NCBI GenBank assembly: GCA_963713865.1
Contig: OY970208.1
Location: 2,112,001-2,176,000, forward strand
Direction of reading: 5' to 3'
Source: an uncultured candidate division Zixibacteria bacterium
Lineage (GTDB): Bacteria; Zixibacteria; MSB-5A5; RBG-16-43-9
DNA: 64,000 bases
Each line of letters starts with the position of its first letter. Position 1 is the stretch's first letter. The notes beneath the pieces were generated by a model. That model did not search any database and had not been told where the DNA came from. It saw only the letters and a list, made by a program, of their open reading frames with translations. Shown here piece by piece: positions 23,064 through 32,661 of this stretch. The position numbers and the translations under genes were made by a program.

Positions 23064-24461
23064 TCAGGATCTCTTTTTCCACTTAGTCCCTCCAGAAGTA
23101 TCCTCAAGGATAATCCCTAAAGCTTCTATCTCTTTTCTGATTCTATCTGCCTCTTCCCATTTTTTATCTTTACGGGCCTGGTTTCTTTTCTGAATCAGCT
23201 CCACAACTTTTTCGTCTAAGGTAATCTCTTCCCTTTTTAAAATCCCTAAGACCGAATCAAATCTCTCTATTAGAGCTGATGTTTTTTCTGCATCCTGGCT
23301 GGAAAAATCACCCTCATCTATGAACTTGTTGATTTCCTTAACCAGATCGAAGATTTTCCCTAAGGCAGCAGAAACATTCAAATCATCATCCATCGCCTCC
23401 TCAAATCCTTTCTGAGCTTCTTTTAAAATTTCCTCAACCTCCGGATGACTTTTCTGGCTTTTTACATCTTTGAGCCTATCGATGAAATCGTACAATCTCT
23501 GCAGAGCATTTCTGGCTCCATCCAATCCTTCGAACGTGAAATTCAACTGCTGGCGATAATAAGTGGCTATAAGCAGATAGCGAATGGCCATAGGATTATA
23601 TCCTTTTTCCAGAAGATCCCTTAAGGTATAGAAATTCCCTAACGATTTTGACATCTTCCTGCCTTCAACTAAGAGATGTTCATTATGTATCCAGTAATTT
23701 ACGAATTTCTCACCGGTGACCCCTTCACTCTGGGCTATTTCGTTCTCATGATGAGGGAAAATCAGGTCCACTCCGCCGGTGTGAATATCAAAATGTTTCC
23801 CTAAGTATTTCATGCTCATAGCCGAGCATTCGATATGCCAGCCCGGACGACCCTTGCCGATCTCCGTCTCCCAGGATACCTCGCCATCCTCTTCATCCCA
23901 ACCTTTCCACAAAGCAAAATCCCCTACCTCTTCTTTTTCGTACGTATCCTTACTTATCCTGACACCAGCTTTCAAATCCTCCCTCTTCATTTTAGAGAGC
24001 TTTCCATAATCTTTAAATGAGGAGATCTTATAATAAATCGAACCTGCAAGCTGATAAGCATGTCCTTTTTCTAAAAGCTTTTTTACCAGCTCAACCATCT
24101 CCTTTATATGAATAGTAGCCTCTGAATAGATATCAGCCATCTCTATATTCATACTTTTAATATCCTGGAAGTAAGCTTTCTTATACCTTTTGGTATATTC
24201 GTTTAAAGGGAATTGTTTTTCTTGAGAACCTTTAATCGTCCTGTCATCCACGTCTGTCAGGTTAACCACCTGTTTGACCTCATACCCTTTATATTTTAAA
24301 TACCTTTTTACTAAATCAGCCACAACATAAGCCCTGAAATTGCCGATATGAGCAAAATCATAGACCGTAGGTCCGCATGAGTACATTTTAACTTTACCGG
24401 GTTCTATCGAAATAAATTCTTCTTTTTGACGGGTCAGGGTATTAAACAGCCTTAAGCTCAT
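23064..24461 (-). CDS. cysS: Cysteine--tRNA ligase
   Basis: CGPTVY, HIGN, PGWHIECSAM, KMSKS. Confidence 0.98.
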   Translation of the reverse strand: MSLRLFNTLTRQKEEFISIEPGKVKMYSCGPTVYDFAHIGNFRAYVVADLVKRYLKYKGYEVKQVVNLTDVDDRTIKGSQEKQFPLNEYTKRYKKAYFQDIKSMNIEMADIYSEATIHIKEMVELVKKLLEKGHAYQLAGSIYYKISSFKDYGKLSKMKREDLKAGVRISKDTYEKEEVGDFALWKGWDEEDGEVSWETEIGKGRPGWHIECSAMSMKYLGKHFDIHTGGVDLIFPHHENEIAQSEGVTGEKFVNYWIHNEHLLVEGRKMSKSLGNFYTLRDLLEKGYNPMAIRYLLIATYYRQQLNFTFEGLDGARNALQRLYDFIDRLKDVKSQKSHPEVEEILKEAQKGFEEAMDDDLNVSAALGKIFDLVKEINKFIDEGDFSSQDAEKTSALIERFDSVLGILKREEITLDEKVVELIQKRNQARKDKKWEEADRIRKEIEALGIILEDTSGGTKWKKRS

Positions 24462-25219
24462 ATCTTCTCCTTAAGGATTAGATTTCTATTGAAATTTCTG
24501 ATAACCTCAGGAAGTTCAACCAGATCCTTGATTACCTTATCCGGAATTATCGGAGCAGTATAATCTCTTCCCTCTTTATATTTTAAAATACCTCTCATTC
24601 CTAAATTCTTAGCTCCCCCGACATCTTCAATCAGCTTATCTCCAATAAAAACTGATTCCTCTGGCTCAACCTTTAACCTGTTTAGAGCCTGAATGAAGAT
24701 CTCAGGATGAGGTTTTTTGTAACCTACTTCAGAAGAAAACAAAACTGAGTCAAAATAAGGTAAAAGTCCAAATCTTTCAAGCTCTTTCAGGTGATATTTG
24801 GCTGGGAATATCGTATTCGAGATTAGCCCCAATATATAACCCTCTTCTTTGAAATATCTCAGAGTCTCAACTGCACCCTCGATTAAGGTAAGCTGTTCAG
24901 TTACCGGTTGATAATACGCATTTAAAAATCCGTCATAGTTTCCATCCTGTAATTCGATGTCAAGCTTTCGGAAAATATCTTCAGCTAAATCCTCAAACCT
25001 GAACTCCTCTAAATTCTGCTCTGATAATTCAAAAGAAGAGGAGAGTAACTCAGACAGAAGAACTGTGAAAAGATTAAAATCTACATCTATCAAACCTTTG
25101 TCTTTCAAAAAAGTGAAACTTCTCTCTGCCGATCTTTTACCTAAAACCACCCAGCTCGAGTTCTCAAACTCGAGCAGAGTACTTCCCATATCAAAGATTA
25201 TTCCTTTTAGTTTTGTCAT
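24458..25219 (-). CDS. HAD-family hydrolase
   Basis: FDMGSTL, SNT, KPHP, IGD..D. Confidence 0.88.
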   Translation of the reverse strand: MTKLKGIIFDMGSTLLEFENSSWVVLGKRSAERSFTFLKDKGLIDVDFNLFTVLLSELLSSSFELSEQNLEEFRFEDLAEDIFRKLDIELQDGNYDGFLNAYYQPVTEQLTLIEGAVETLRYFKEEGYILGLISNTIFPAKYHLKELERFGLLPYFDSVLFSSEVGYKKPHPEIFIQALNRLKVEPEESVFIGDKLIEDVGGAKNLGMRGILKYKEGRDYTAPIIPDKVIKDLVELPEVIRNFNRNLILKEKI

Positions 25220-25237
25220 TGTATTTACCTTGAGCTT

Positions 25238-26278
25238 TTAAACCTTTGAGCCTTTGAACCTTTTTATCGCCAATTTAGCAATTGTATCCACTAATTCAGT
25301 AAATTCAACCCCTAAAGCTTTAGCCGCTTTTGGAACTAAACTTGTACCTGTCATCCCCGGGAGGGTATTCACCTCCAGACAATAGAATTTATCGTCAGTT
25401 CCGTATCGAAAATCCACCCTGGCATAACCTTCGCACCCTAAAACTTTGAAAGCTCTGTATCCTGATTCCTGAATCTCGCTGGTCTTTTCTTTTGAAATCT
25501 CAGCCGGGCATATATAGCTACTTTTCCCTTTGGTATATTTGCATTCGTAGTCATAAATCCCATGCTCCGGTACTATCTCGACTACTGGAAGAGCAGAATC
25601 TCCTAAAATCCCTACAGTTAACTCCCTTCCCGGAATATATCTTTCAAAAAGAATTTTCTCCGCATAAATTTTTGCATCTTCGATCGCTTTTACTATATCT
25701 TTTTCTTCTTCAACTACAGTCAAACCTACAGTAGAACCCTGGTCATTGGGCTTCACTACCACCGGGAAGTTAAAGGAGCCTTTTATTTTATCAATAATTA
25801 TTTTTAAGTCTTTAGAATCATAGCTTTCCAAAAGGAACCATTCAGGAGTAAGAATCCCTTCTCTCTCAAACAATTTCTTAGACATTGCCTTGTCCATTGC
25901 TAAGGCGCTGGCTAAAACACCTGAGCCAGTATAAGGCATACCAGATAACTCTAAAAGAGCCTGGATTGTGCCATCTTCCCCCTGTCCACCGTGTAGAGCT
26001 AAGAATACTACTTCTACATCTGACAGGCTAAAAGATTCTATAGTTTTCAAAGCAAGTTTTTTCCCTTCAGATTGCAAGGCTTTTATATCCGGTGGTTCAG
26101 TTTTAACCCCTTCTGGTAAAAATCTTTTCTGACTCTCAGGTAATCTATTTCCTTTGACTGTATCAATTGCCATTACCTGATGACCAGCTTCCCTAAGCCC
26201 CTGGACAATAGCCTCACCTGAAGCTAAGGAGACATCTCTTTCCGCTGAAGTTCCTCCCATCAAAACCATTATTTTCAT
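25238..26278 (-). CDS. ddl: D-alanine--D-alanine ligase
   Basis: GGTSAERDVSL, LHGGQGEDG, LEVNTLPGMT. Confidence 0.96.
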   Translation of the reverse strand: MKIMVLMGGTSAERDVSLASGEAIVQGLREAGHQVMAIDTVKGNRLPESQKRFLPEGVKTEPPDIKALQSEGKKLALKTIESFSLSDVEVVFLALHGGQGEDGTIQALLELSGMPYTGSGVLASALAMDKAMSKKLFEREGILTPEWFLLESYDSKDLKIIIDKIKGSFNFPVVVKPNDQGSTVGLTVVEEEKDIVKAIEDAKIYAEKILFERYIPGRELTVGILGDSALPVVEIVPEHGIYDYECKYTKGKSSYICPAEISKEKTSEIQESGYRAFKVLGCEGYARVDFRYGTDDKFYCLEVNTLPGMTGTSLVPKAAKALGVEFTELVDTIAKLAIKRFKGSKV

Positions 26279-26922
26279 TTTCCCGTTCCTGAAAAATTTT
26301 TATTTGACCTTTTCCTTACTATCCGGATAAGCCAGAAGATAAAAATTAAAACTACTGCAATAAAAATAAAACGGTTATATAAACTTAAAAATTTGTAAAG
26401 TTTTTGCCAGTTCTGATGTGTAAGAGCACCTAAACTGATTATAAATCCATTCCAGGCAAAAATACTTATCAGGCTATAGATGGTCATTTTCCATAATTCT
26501 ATTTTACCCAAACCAGCTGCTATCGCAATCCCGGACCTGACCCCGGCTATGAACCGACTAACTAATATAACCTTCCCCCCATATTTTCTAAACCAATTTT
26601 CTATCCTGTTAAGTTGAGTTCTGTTTAAAATCTTTCCTTTGTCTTTTTCGAAAAGCTTCCTTCCCTTTTTCATTCCAAGATAATAAAGTGCCAAAGCACC
26701 GCACAAGCTACCAGCACACGGAATAAAAAAAGCTAAAGGTAAACTCAGAACCTTGCTGGAAACTAAATATCCGCCCATGAAAGTAACTGTATCTCCAGGA
26801 TAAGGCGGGAAAATAGTCTCTATAATAGCGCTGATAAACAGAAAAAAATAGATCCACAAAACCCCATGAGAAGATATGAAATTAAGAAGCTCAGCTCCTC
26901 TACTATTAAAAAACTCTTCCAT
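26275..26922 (-). CDS. DedA-family membrane protein
   Basis: IETIFPPYPGD, SRFIAGVR, TM helices. Confidence 0.88.
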   Translation of the reverse strand: MEEFFNSRGAELLNFISSHGVLWIYFFLFISAIIETIFPPYPGDTVTFMGGYLVSSKVLSLPLAFFIPCAGSLCGALALYYLGMKKGRKLFEKDKGKILNRTQLNRIENWFRKYGGKVILVSRFIAGVRSGIAIAAGLGKIELWKMTIYSLISIFAWNGFIISLGALTHQNWQKLYKFLSLYNRFIFIAVVLIFIFWLIRIVRKRSNKNFSGTGK

Positions 26923-26925
26923 TGC

Positions 26926-27408
26926 CTATTGCCTGTTACCTTTTGCCTGTATTAAAACCACCGCATAAGCTCCAATCCCTTCTTTCTTTCCAGTAAACCC
27001 CATTCCTTCAGTTGTGGTGGCTTTGATCGAAACATTTTCCCTGGATATACTCAAGGAATCTGCGATATTTTTTCTCATCTTCTCAATATATTTAGCCATT
27101 TTCGGCTCTTCTGCCACAATCATCGAATCGATATGCAGAATCTCAGCTTTTCTAATCTTCTTTTTAATCAACATTAGAAGTTTTAAACTTGAAATACCTT
27201 TGAATTTCTTATCAGTATTTGGAAAATGTTTACCTAAATCACCTAAGGAGAGCGCCCCTAAGATAGCATTGCCAATAGAATGGGACAAAACATCCGCATC
27301 CGAATAACCCAAAAGCCCCTTTTTATAAGTAATCTTCACCCCACCTAAGATTAAATCCCTCCCCTTCACCAACCTGTGAGCATCATATCCAAATCCTATT
27401 TTTAGCAT
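26926..27408 (-). CDS. ispF: 2-C-methyl-D-erythritol 2,4-cyclodiphosphate synthase
   Basis: IGFGYDAHRL, SDADV..H, KATTTEGMGFTG. Confidence 0.96.
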   Translation of the reverse strand: MLKIGFGYDAHRLVKGRDLILGGVKITYKKGLLGYSDADVLSHSIGNAILGALSLGDLGKHFPNTDKKFKGISSLKLLMLIKKKIRKAEILHIDSMIVAEEPKMAKYIEKMRKNIADSLSISRENVSIKATTTEGMGFTGKKEGIGAYAVVLIQAKGNRQ

Positions 27409-27430
27409 CTTATATACCTCTCTTACTGAG

Positions 27431-28099
27431 AACCTCCCCTTTATCCCCTCCTTAAAAAGGAGGGGATATTCTTCCCCCTCTCCTTCCCAAGGAGAGGGTT
27501 GGGGTGAGGTTATTACAAGTTTTTAATATATCCGCTAGAACTCCATCTATATTCCATATCACATCATTATTATTGTATCTAACCACTGTAAAACCCCGCC
27601 TTTCCAACTCTTGTTGTCGCCTCTTATCATTTTTAATTCTCTGGGGATCAACATGAACATCTCCATCGACCTCAATTACGAGACACAATTCGGGACAATA
27701 AAAATCTACAATAAAGTGACCTATCTGATGTTGTCTTCTGAATTTAAACCTAGCTAACTGTTTCAATCTAAGCTTTTGCCATAATTTTCTCTCAGATGGA
27801 GTAAGATTCTTTCTTAATTTTCTTCTTTGTTCTAAACCCCCTCTATATCCCCTCCTTAAAAAGGAAGGGACTTTTCTCCCTCTCCTTTCCAAGAAGAGGG
27901 CTGGGGTGAGGTTATTATTTTCTTCCTCTCCTTTATAAGAAGAGGGTTGGGAGGAGGTTCTTTCTCTCATTTTTCCATTTAAGTGAAGTAACATCCTTTT
28001 ATGATTTTCCCTCTGTTCTAAACTCCCCTTTATCCCCTCCTTAAAAAAGAGGGGATATTCTTTCCCTTCTCCTTACCAAGGAGAGAGTGGGAAAGATTA
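27431..28099. repeat. Clusters of CCCCTCCTT/CCCTCTCC...GGAGAGGG palindromic repeats flanking the DUF559 gene (27431-27511, 27834-27959, 28021-28099)
   Basis: Repeated AACCTCCCC..TCCCCTCCTT-N-AAGGAGGGGA and CCCTCTCC-N-GGAGAGGG..GGGGTGAGGTT units. Confidence 0.88.
27452..27994 (-). CDS. DUF559 (Vsr-like) endonuclease-domain protein; start uncertain, both termini repeat-encoded
   Basis: LRKNLTPSERKLW...KFRRQH.IG.FIVDFYC....VIEVDG..H...D..R...L...G..V.RY.N. Confidence 0.88.
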   Translation of the reverse strand: MLLHLNGKMRERTSSQPSSYKGEEENNNLTPALFLERRGRKVPSFLRRGYRGGLEQRRKLRKNLTPSERKLWQKLRLKQLARFKFRRQHQIGHFIVDFYCPELCLVIEVDGDVHVDPQRIKNDKRRQQELERRGFTVVRYNNNDVIWNIDGVLADILKTCNNLTPTLSLGRRGGRISPPF

Positions 28100-28109
28100 T
28101 AACTTCTCT

Positions 28110-28790
28110 CTATCTTTCTAAAATTCTTTTTGCCAAAACTAAATCCTCAGGTGTGGTGATTTTTATATTCTGAGATTCTCCTTCCAGAACCCTCACTTTA
28201 AATCCTAATCTTTCAACTAAAGAGGAATCGTCTGTTCCTATGAAACTATTTTCTGCCGCTTTTTTATATGCCTCTAAAATTAATTTATATTCAAACGTTT
28301 GAGGAGTCTGCGCAATCCAGAGCTTTTCCCGGTCCAGAGTAGTAACGACATATTCCTCATCCACTCTTTTTACGGTATCATTCACCGGCAGAGCTAAGAT
28401 AACTGCTTTTTCTTTTTTACACATCTCGATAGATTTACCAATCTTTTCTGTCGAGATAAAAGGCCTGACCCCATCGTGAATGAGAACTATGTCTGTATCC
28501 CTGGATAAAGCTAAAAGCCCTTTATAAACTGAATCCTGCCTTTCTTTCCCGCCGGAGAGAATCCTCTTTACTTTCTTGATATCACATACATCCACTATGT
28601 TATAGGAGCAGAAAGACATATAATCCTCAGGCACCACTAAAATTATCTCATCTATTAACTCGCACTTCTCAAATTTCTCTACAGTATAAGCCAAGACCGG
28701 TTTCTTTTTTATCTCGACAAACTGTTTGGGCAGAATACCTCCAATCCTCTCCCCTCTGCCACCTGCCGCTATAATCGCTTTTACTTTCAT
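28110..28790 (-). CDS. ispD: 2-C-methyl-D-erythritol 4-phosphate cytidylyltransferase
   Basis: AAGGRGER...PKQF, GGKERQDSV, IHDGVRP, QTPQ, NIKITTPEDL. Confidence 0.96.
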   Translation of the reverse strand: MKVKAIIAAGGRGERIGGILPKQFVEIKKKPVLAYTVEKFEKCELIDEIILVVPEDYMSFCSYNIVDVCDIKKVKRILSGGKERQDSVYKGLLALSRDTDIVLIHDGVRPFISTEKIGKSIEMCKKEKAVILALPVNDTVKRVDEEYVVTTLDREKLWIAQTPQTFEYKLILEAYKKAAENSFIGTDDSSLVERLGFKVRVLEGESQNIKITTPEDLVLAKRILER

Positions 28791-28814
28791 CTTTTTCCTA
28801 CTTCCTCCTACTTT

Positions 28815-29840
28815 TTATAGAATCAACATCGCATCACCGTAACTATAAAATCTATATCTTTCTTTTATTGCCTCTTCATAAGCCTTAAAGATAAGCTCTC
28901 TCCCCGCAAAAGCACAGACTAAAAGAAACAGGGTTGATTTAGGCAGATGGAAATTGGTAACCATTCCATCCACTATTTTAAAATCATAAGGAGGATAGAT
29001 AAACTTCTCTGTCCACCCTCTATAAGACCAAAGTTCATCCCTGGCTGCAGTTTCTAAAGCCCTCACCACAGAGGTCCCCACTGCAAATATTTTTCCTCCA
29101 TTTTCTTTAACCGAATTTACCCTCGTAGCAGACTCTTCACTTATCTCAAAAAACTCCTCCTCCATTTTATGTTCTTTTAAATTTAAAGCTCGGACAGGTT
29201 TAAAAGTCCCCCAGCCGATATGCAATGTGATCGGAATTATTTCTATCCTCTTATTTTTTATATTTTCCAGAAGTTCTTCTGTGAAATGCAAACCAGCAGT
29301 TGGAGCTGCAACTGCACCTTTCTCTTTAGCATAGACAGTTTGGTATCTATCTATGTCTTTTATATCAGGCTCTCTTTTAATGTAAGGTGGTAAAGGGGTA
29401 TTGCCTATTTTCTCTAAGAGATTATAAATATCTCCGGAATAATCAAATCGGGCTAAATCTGCCCCGGATGAGCTTTTTTCTAAAATCTCACAAGTCAGTT
29501 TCCCTTCATTGAAAACGATGATTGAACCAGTAAGGTTTTTCTTTTTAGGTTTTAACAAAACCTCCCAGATTCCATCATCTATTTTCCTGAGCATAAAAAC
29601 TTCGGCTTTTGCACCACTTGTTTGATTTATCCCCATAAGCCTGGCAGGAAAAACCTTAGTCTGATTTATAACTAAGGCATCTTTCGGCTTCAGATACTCG
29701 GTTATCTCATAGAATTTTTTATGCTCTAACTCACCCTTGTCGCGATGCAAAACCAGAAGCCGGGAAAGATCCCTTCTCTCAACAGGATATTGAGCGATTA
29801 ATTCTTTGGGCAGTTTGAAATCAAAATCTGTAAGTTTCAT
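28815..29840 (-). CDS. queA: S-adenosylmethionine:tRNA ribosyltransferase-isomerase
   Basis: PLPPYI, YQTVYA, AAPTAGLHF, TNFHLPKST, YRFYSYGDAMLI. Confidence 0.97.
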   Translation of the reverse strand: MKLTDFDFKLPKELIAQYPVERRDLSRLLVLHRDKGELEHKKFYEITEYLKPKDALVINQTKVFPARLMGINQTSGAKAEVFMLRKIDDGIWEVLLKPKKKNLTGSIIVFNEGKLTCEILEKSSSGADLARFDYSGDIYNLLEKIGNTPLPPYIKREPDIKDIDRYQTVYAKEKGAVAAPTAGLHFTEELLENIKNKRIEIIPITLHIGWGTFKPVRALNLKEHKMEEEFFEISEESATRVNSVKENGGKIFAVGTSVVRALETAARDELWSYRGWTEKFIYPPYDFKIVDGMVTNFHLPKSTLFLLVCAFAGRELIFKAYEEAIKERYRFYSYGDAMLIL

Positions 29841-29958
29841 ATCCTTGTAATTGTCCAATTCATTGGGTTATTTCCTATCCATCTCTTTTGTGCTTGCCAG
29901 GTCCCCTTGCCTGACAAGATTTTGCCATTGTCACAGGAGTAGTAACACTACAGTTTAT

Positions 29959-29982
29959 AGACGCATTGCTATGCGTCTCTAT
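29959..29982 (-). repeat. REP-like (A/G)TAGAGACGCAT..ATGCGTCT (related copies at 40159, 47910, 49933)
   Basis: 8-bp palindrome with TAG tail overlapping the creatininase-gene stop codon. Confidence 0.8.
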
Positions 29983-30707
29983 AATTTATCCCACTTCCTG
30001 AACACTTCTAAAATTAACTTCTTGATTTTCTCTGCTACTTTCTCCAGATAGATTTTCGCCTTTTTCTCATCGAAATCCGGGTAACCTTCTTTTTCTTTAT
30101 AAAGGATTATAGAGGAAGGTGTGGGCATAACGTTCATGGCTTCATCGTATTTGTAAGCCATCTCTTTTTTATATCTTTCTTTTTTCACTAAAGTCTTATC
30201 GATAGCCAAAATCCCGGCAGTCTCATCGACTCCTGCATGACCTCCGGGTACTCCATAAACCTGTTTGGTAATATCCTCACACAGGAGCCACCAGTGGATT
30301 ACCGCTATTTTAGCTTTTCTGTTTTTATAGACTTTCAGAGCCGCATTTTTGAGCTCGTTCAGATGACCTCCATGCCCGTTGATTACCACGATCCTGGAAA
30401 ACCCTTTCTCCGCCATAGAATCCAGAATCTCATAAAGGTAATTTTCAAAAGTCTGCGAGGTCACGCTTAAAGAGCCGGGGTAAAAATAGAGGTTTCGGGT
30501 AACGCCATAATAAACTGGTGGTGCAATTATCGCCTTTAAATCTTCAGCCATCATTTCAGCAATCTTCAGAGGGATCTGCACATCCGTTCCCAGGCTGATC
30601 ACACCGTGAGCCTCAATCGTTCCCACCGGCAGGATTACTGTCTTTATTTTCTTGGGAACCAGTTCTTTAAACTCCATCCAGTTAAGATTTTCAAGTTTGT
30701 AGAGCAT
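29979..30707 (-). CDS. Creatininase-family protein
   Basis: LPVGTIEAHG..GTD, NGHGG, HAG..ET. Confidence 0.9.
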   Translation of the reverse strand: MLYKLENLNWMEFKELVPKKIKTVILPVGTIEAHGVISLGTDVQIPLKIAEMMAEDLKAIIAPPVYYGVTRNLYFYPGSLSVTSQTFENYLYEILDSMAEKGFSRIVVINGHGGHLNELKNAALKVYKNRKAKIAVIHWWLLCEDITKQVYGVPGGHAGVDETAGILAIDKTLVKKERYKKEMAYKYDEAMNVMPTPSSIILYKEKEGYPDFDEKKAKIYLEKVAEKIKKLILEVFRKWDKL

Positions 30708-30775
30708 AGAAATATCCTTTTTGAGGTTTGAGATTACAGAATATTCGTCTTACTTCTTACATCTTACGTCTTACT

Positions 30776-31522
30776 TTATTTGTACTCCAGAACGTAAACC
30801 GTCATCTCCTTTGGCAGAGCATCCTTTTTGAGGGTAATAGAACTTTTTCCAACTTTATTTACATTTTTCTTCCCCTTCAAAAAAGGCTCAATCCCGGAAA
30901 TAGGAAAACCAGAACCCATAACTGCGGTTTTGTAATGCATTGGAAAAACTACCCTGGGGTTCAATTTGTTTACGATTTTAGTAGCCTGATCAGCATTGAT
31001 GGTAAAATAACCTCCTACCGGTATGAAAACCACATCCACTGCACCAATCTCTTTGAATTGCGAATCGGTCAGATCAACTCCTAAATCTCCGAAATGAGCG
31101 AATTTTAAGCCTTCAAGCTCCCAGATGCGAATATAATTATCCCCCCTGCCCGCACCATGAGAAGTTTTGACTGCTTTGAAGGTTATCCCTTTTAAAGTCT
31201 TTTCACCTGCACCTCTTACTACCTCAGGTTTTCCACTTATGGCTGAGACATTGTTATGGTCAGAGTGTTCATGACTGACCAGTACTATATCTGCACCAAC
31301 ATCGGGTAAAGGATAACCTACGTTTTTGTCAAATGGGTCGGTAACGATTTTGACTCCATCTGAAATCAAAAAGCAGGAATGTCCAAACCATCTGACAGTA
31401 AGTTCTTTGTTATCCATTTTTACTCCTTTCTCCTCTTTTTTTTGAGCTTGAGCAAGACTAAAAATCAGGGTTAAAGAAAACAACCCGAAAAATAACATCG
31501 ATATTTTGATTTTCTTAAACAT
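30776..31522 (-). CDS. MBL-fold metallo-hydrolase with N-terminal signal peptide
   Basis: WFGHSCF, TDPF, SHEHSDH, HFGD, PMHY; ATG at 31522 with AAGGAGG SD. Confidence 0.88.
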   Translation of the reverse strand: MFKKIKISMLFFGLFSLTLIFSLAQAQKKEEKGVKMDNKELTVRWFGHSCFLISDGVKIVTDPFDKNVGYPLPDVGADIVLVSHEHSDHNNVSAISGKPEVVRGAGEKTLKGITFKAVKTSHGAGRGDNYIRIWELEGLKFAHFGDLGVDLTDSQFKEIGAVDVVFIPVGGYFTINADQATKIVNKLNPRVVFPMHYKTAVMGSGFPISGIEPFLKGKKNVNKVGKSSITLKKDALPKEMTVYVLEYK

Positions 31523-31553
31523 AAAAACCTCCTTATTTGTTTTGAAGTAATAA

Positions 31554-31578
31554 GGGTGGAGACAAGCTCCATCCCTAC
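31554..31578 (-). repeat. GTAG-type REP
   Basis: GTAGGGATGGAGCTTGTCTCCACCC. Confidence 0.75.
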
Positions 31579-31596
31579 GCAACTAAACCTTTAGGT

Positions 31597-32523
31597 TTAA
31601 TAGGCATCGTCACGGATGATGGACTCCATATCCTGTTTCAAATCATATAGTTTCTCAAACAAAACCATCTGGGATGAATAATAGACCAGTCGGTAAAACG
31701 ACCGGAAAAGGCTGTAAGCCTGCTGTAAGATAAATAAAGAAAGTATAAGAAATTTCTCCATAAATACAAAATGCAAAATTTTATTCAGTCCGAAATAAGC
31801 CATTAAACTTCCCAGAAAAATTATTGTTACAAGATAATACAGAAAAACCGTTTTGTCAAAATTCTTAAGGATAAATCTTAAAATTGGTTTTATAATCCTT
31901 CTGAGTTTTTTCTCCTCGAAGTAAATCCGGTAAATCCGAAGATAGTCGCTCCACATAGCCAACCACATAAAGAAAATCGCCAGGACAAGAAGGTTTAAGA
32001 CAAGGATTACAATGTGACCATTGTATGAAAGTTCTTTTCCGGCTATAGTAGAGATTAAGGAAAAAATAAGCAGGGCCAATAAGAAAGCCAGTAAATAGAT
32101 CAGGCAGGTGAGGATGAAGATTTTCAAAAAACTCCAGAAGTATCTAGCGCAATCCCCAAAGAATTTTTCACCTTTAAATTTCTGCTCCCCCTCCTTTAAA
32201 TCCCTGAAGAAAGCGCCCCAGAGACCACCGGAGAGGAATATATAGCTGAAAACTGAGAATGCGCCGAGGATTAAAAATAACACCTGGTATAGACCAATGG
32301 TTTTACGCCACTCCACCAGAAAATCTACCAGGAGAGAGAAATCGTATCCATTCAGGAAATTCAGGGATAAAGGGGATAAGGAAAAAGTCCTGGAGAACAT
32401 ATAATAAGCCGGGATTAAAAGGAGAAGGGCAAAAAACAGCTTGAACAGAAATAGAATCAAGGCCAGGATTTTATTCTCCCAGACTTTTTTGATTCCATCT
32501 CTAAATGAGTTCCATATAACCAT
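31597..32523 (-). CDS. Hypothetical multi-pass membrane protein
   Basis: Several hydrophobic helices; lies downstream of the M1 peptidase; start uncertain. Confidence 0.75.
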   Translation of the reverse strand: MVIWNSFRDGIKKVWENKILALILFLFKLFFALLLLIPAYYMFSRTFSLSPLSLNFLNGYDFSLLVDFLVEWRKTIGLYQVLFLILGAFSVFSYIFLSGGLWGAFFRDLKEGEQKFKGEKFFGDCARYFWSFLKIFILTCLIYLLAFLLALLIFSLISTIAGKELSYNGHIVILVLNLLVLAIFFMWLAMWSDYLRIYRIYFEEKKLRRIIKPILRFILKNFDKTVFLYYLVTIIFLGSLMAYFGLNKILHFVFMEKFLILSLFILQQAYSLFRSFYRLVYYSSQMVLFEKLYDLKQDMESIIRDDAY

Positions 32524-32548
32524 TCTTTTAACCTTGAGGAAACCTTCT

Positions 32549-32600
32549 GGATTGTAAACCTTTAGGTTTACCAAAAAGTAAAGCTTAAGCTTTACACTCC
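32549..32600. repeat. GGAG-type REP doublet
   Basis: GGATTGTAAACCTTTAGGTTTAC...GTAAAGCTTAAGCTTTACACTCC; the TAAACCTTTAGGTTTA core also occurs at 31584-31599. Confidence 0.7.
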
Positions 32601-32661
32601 AATTAATTTTCAGATAACAATTTTTTACCTACAACTTATTATTTACCACCTAAAACCTTCT

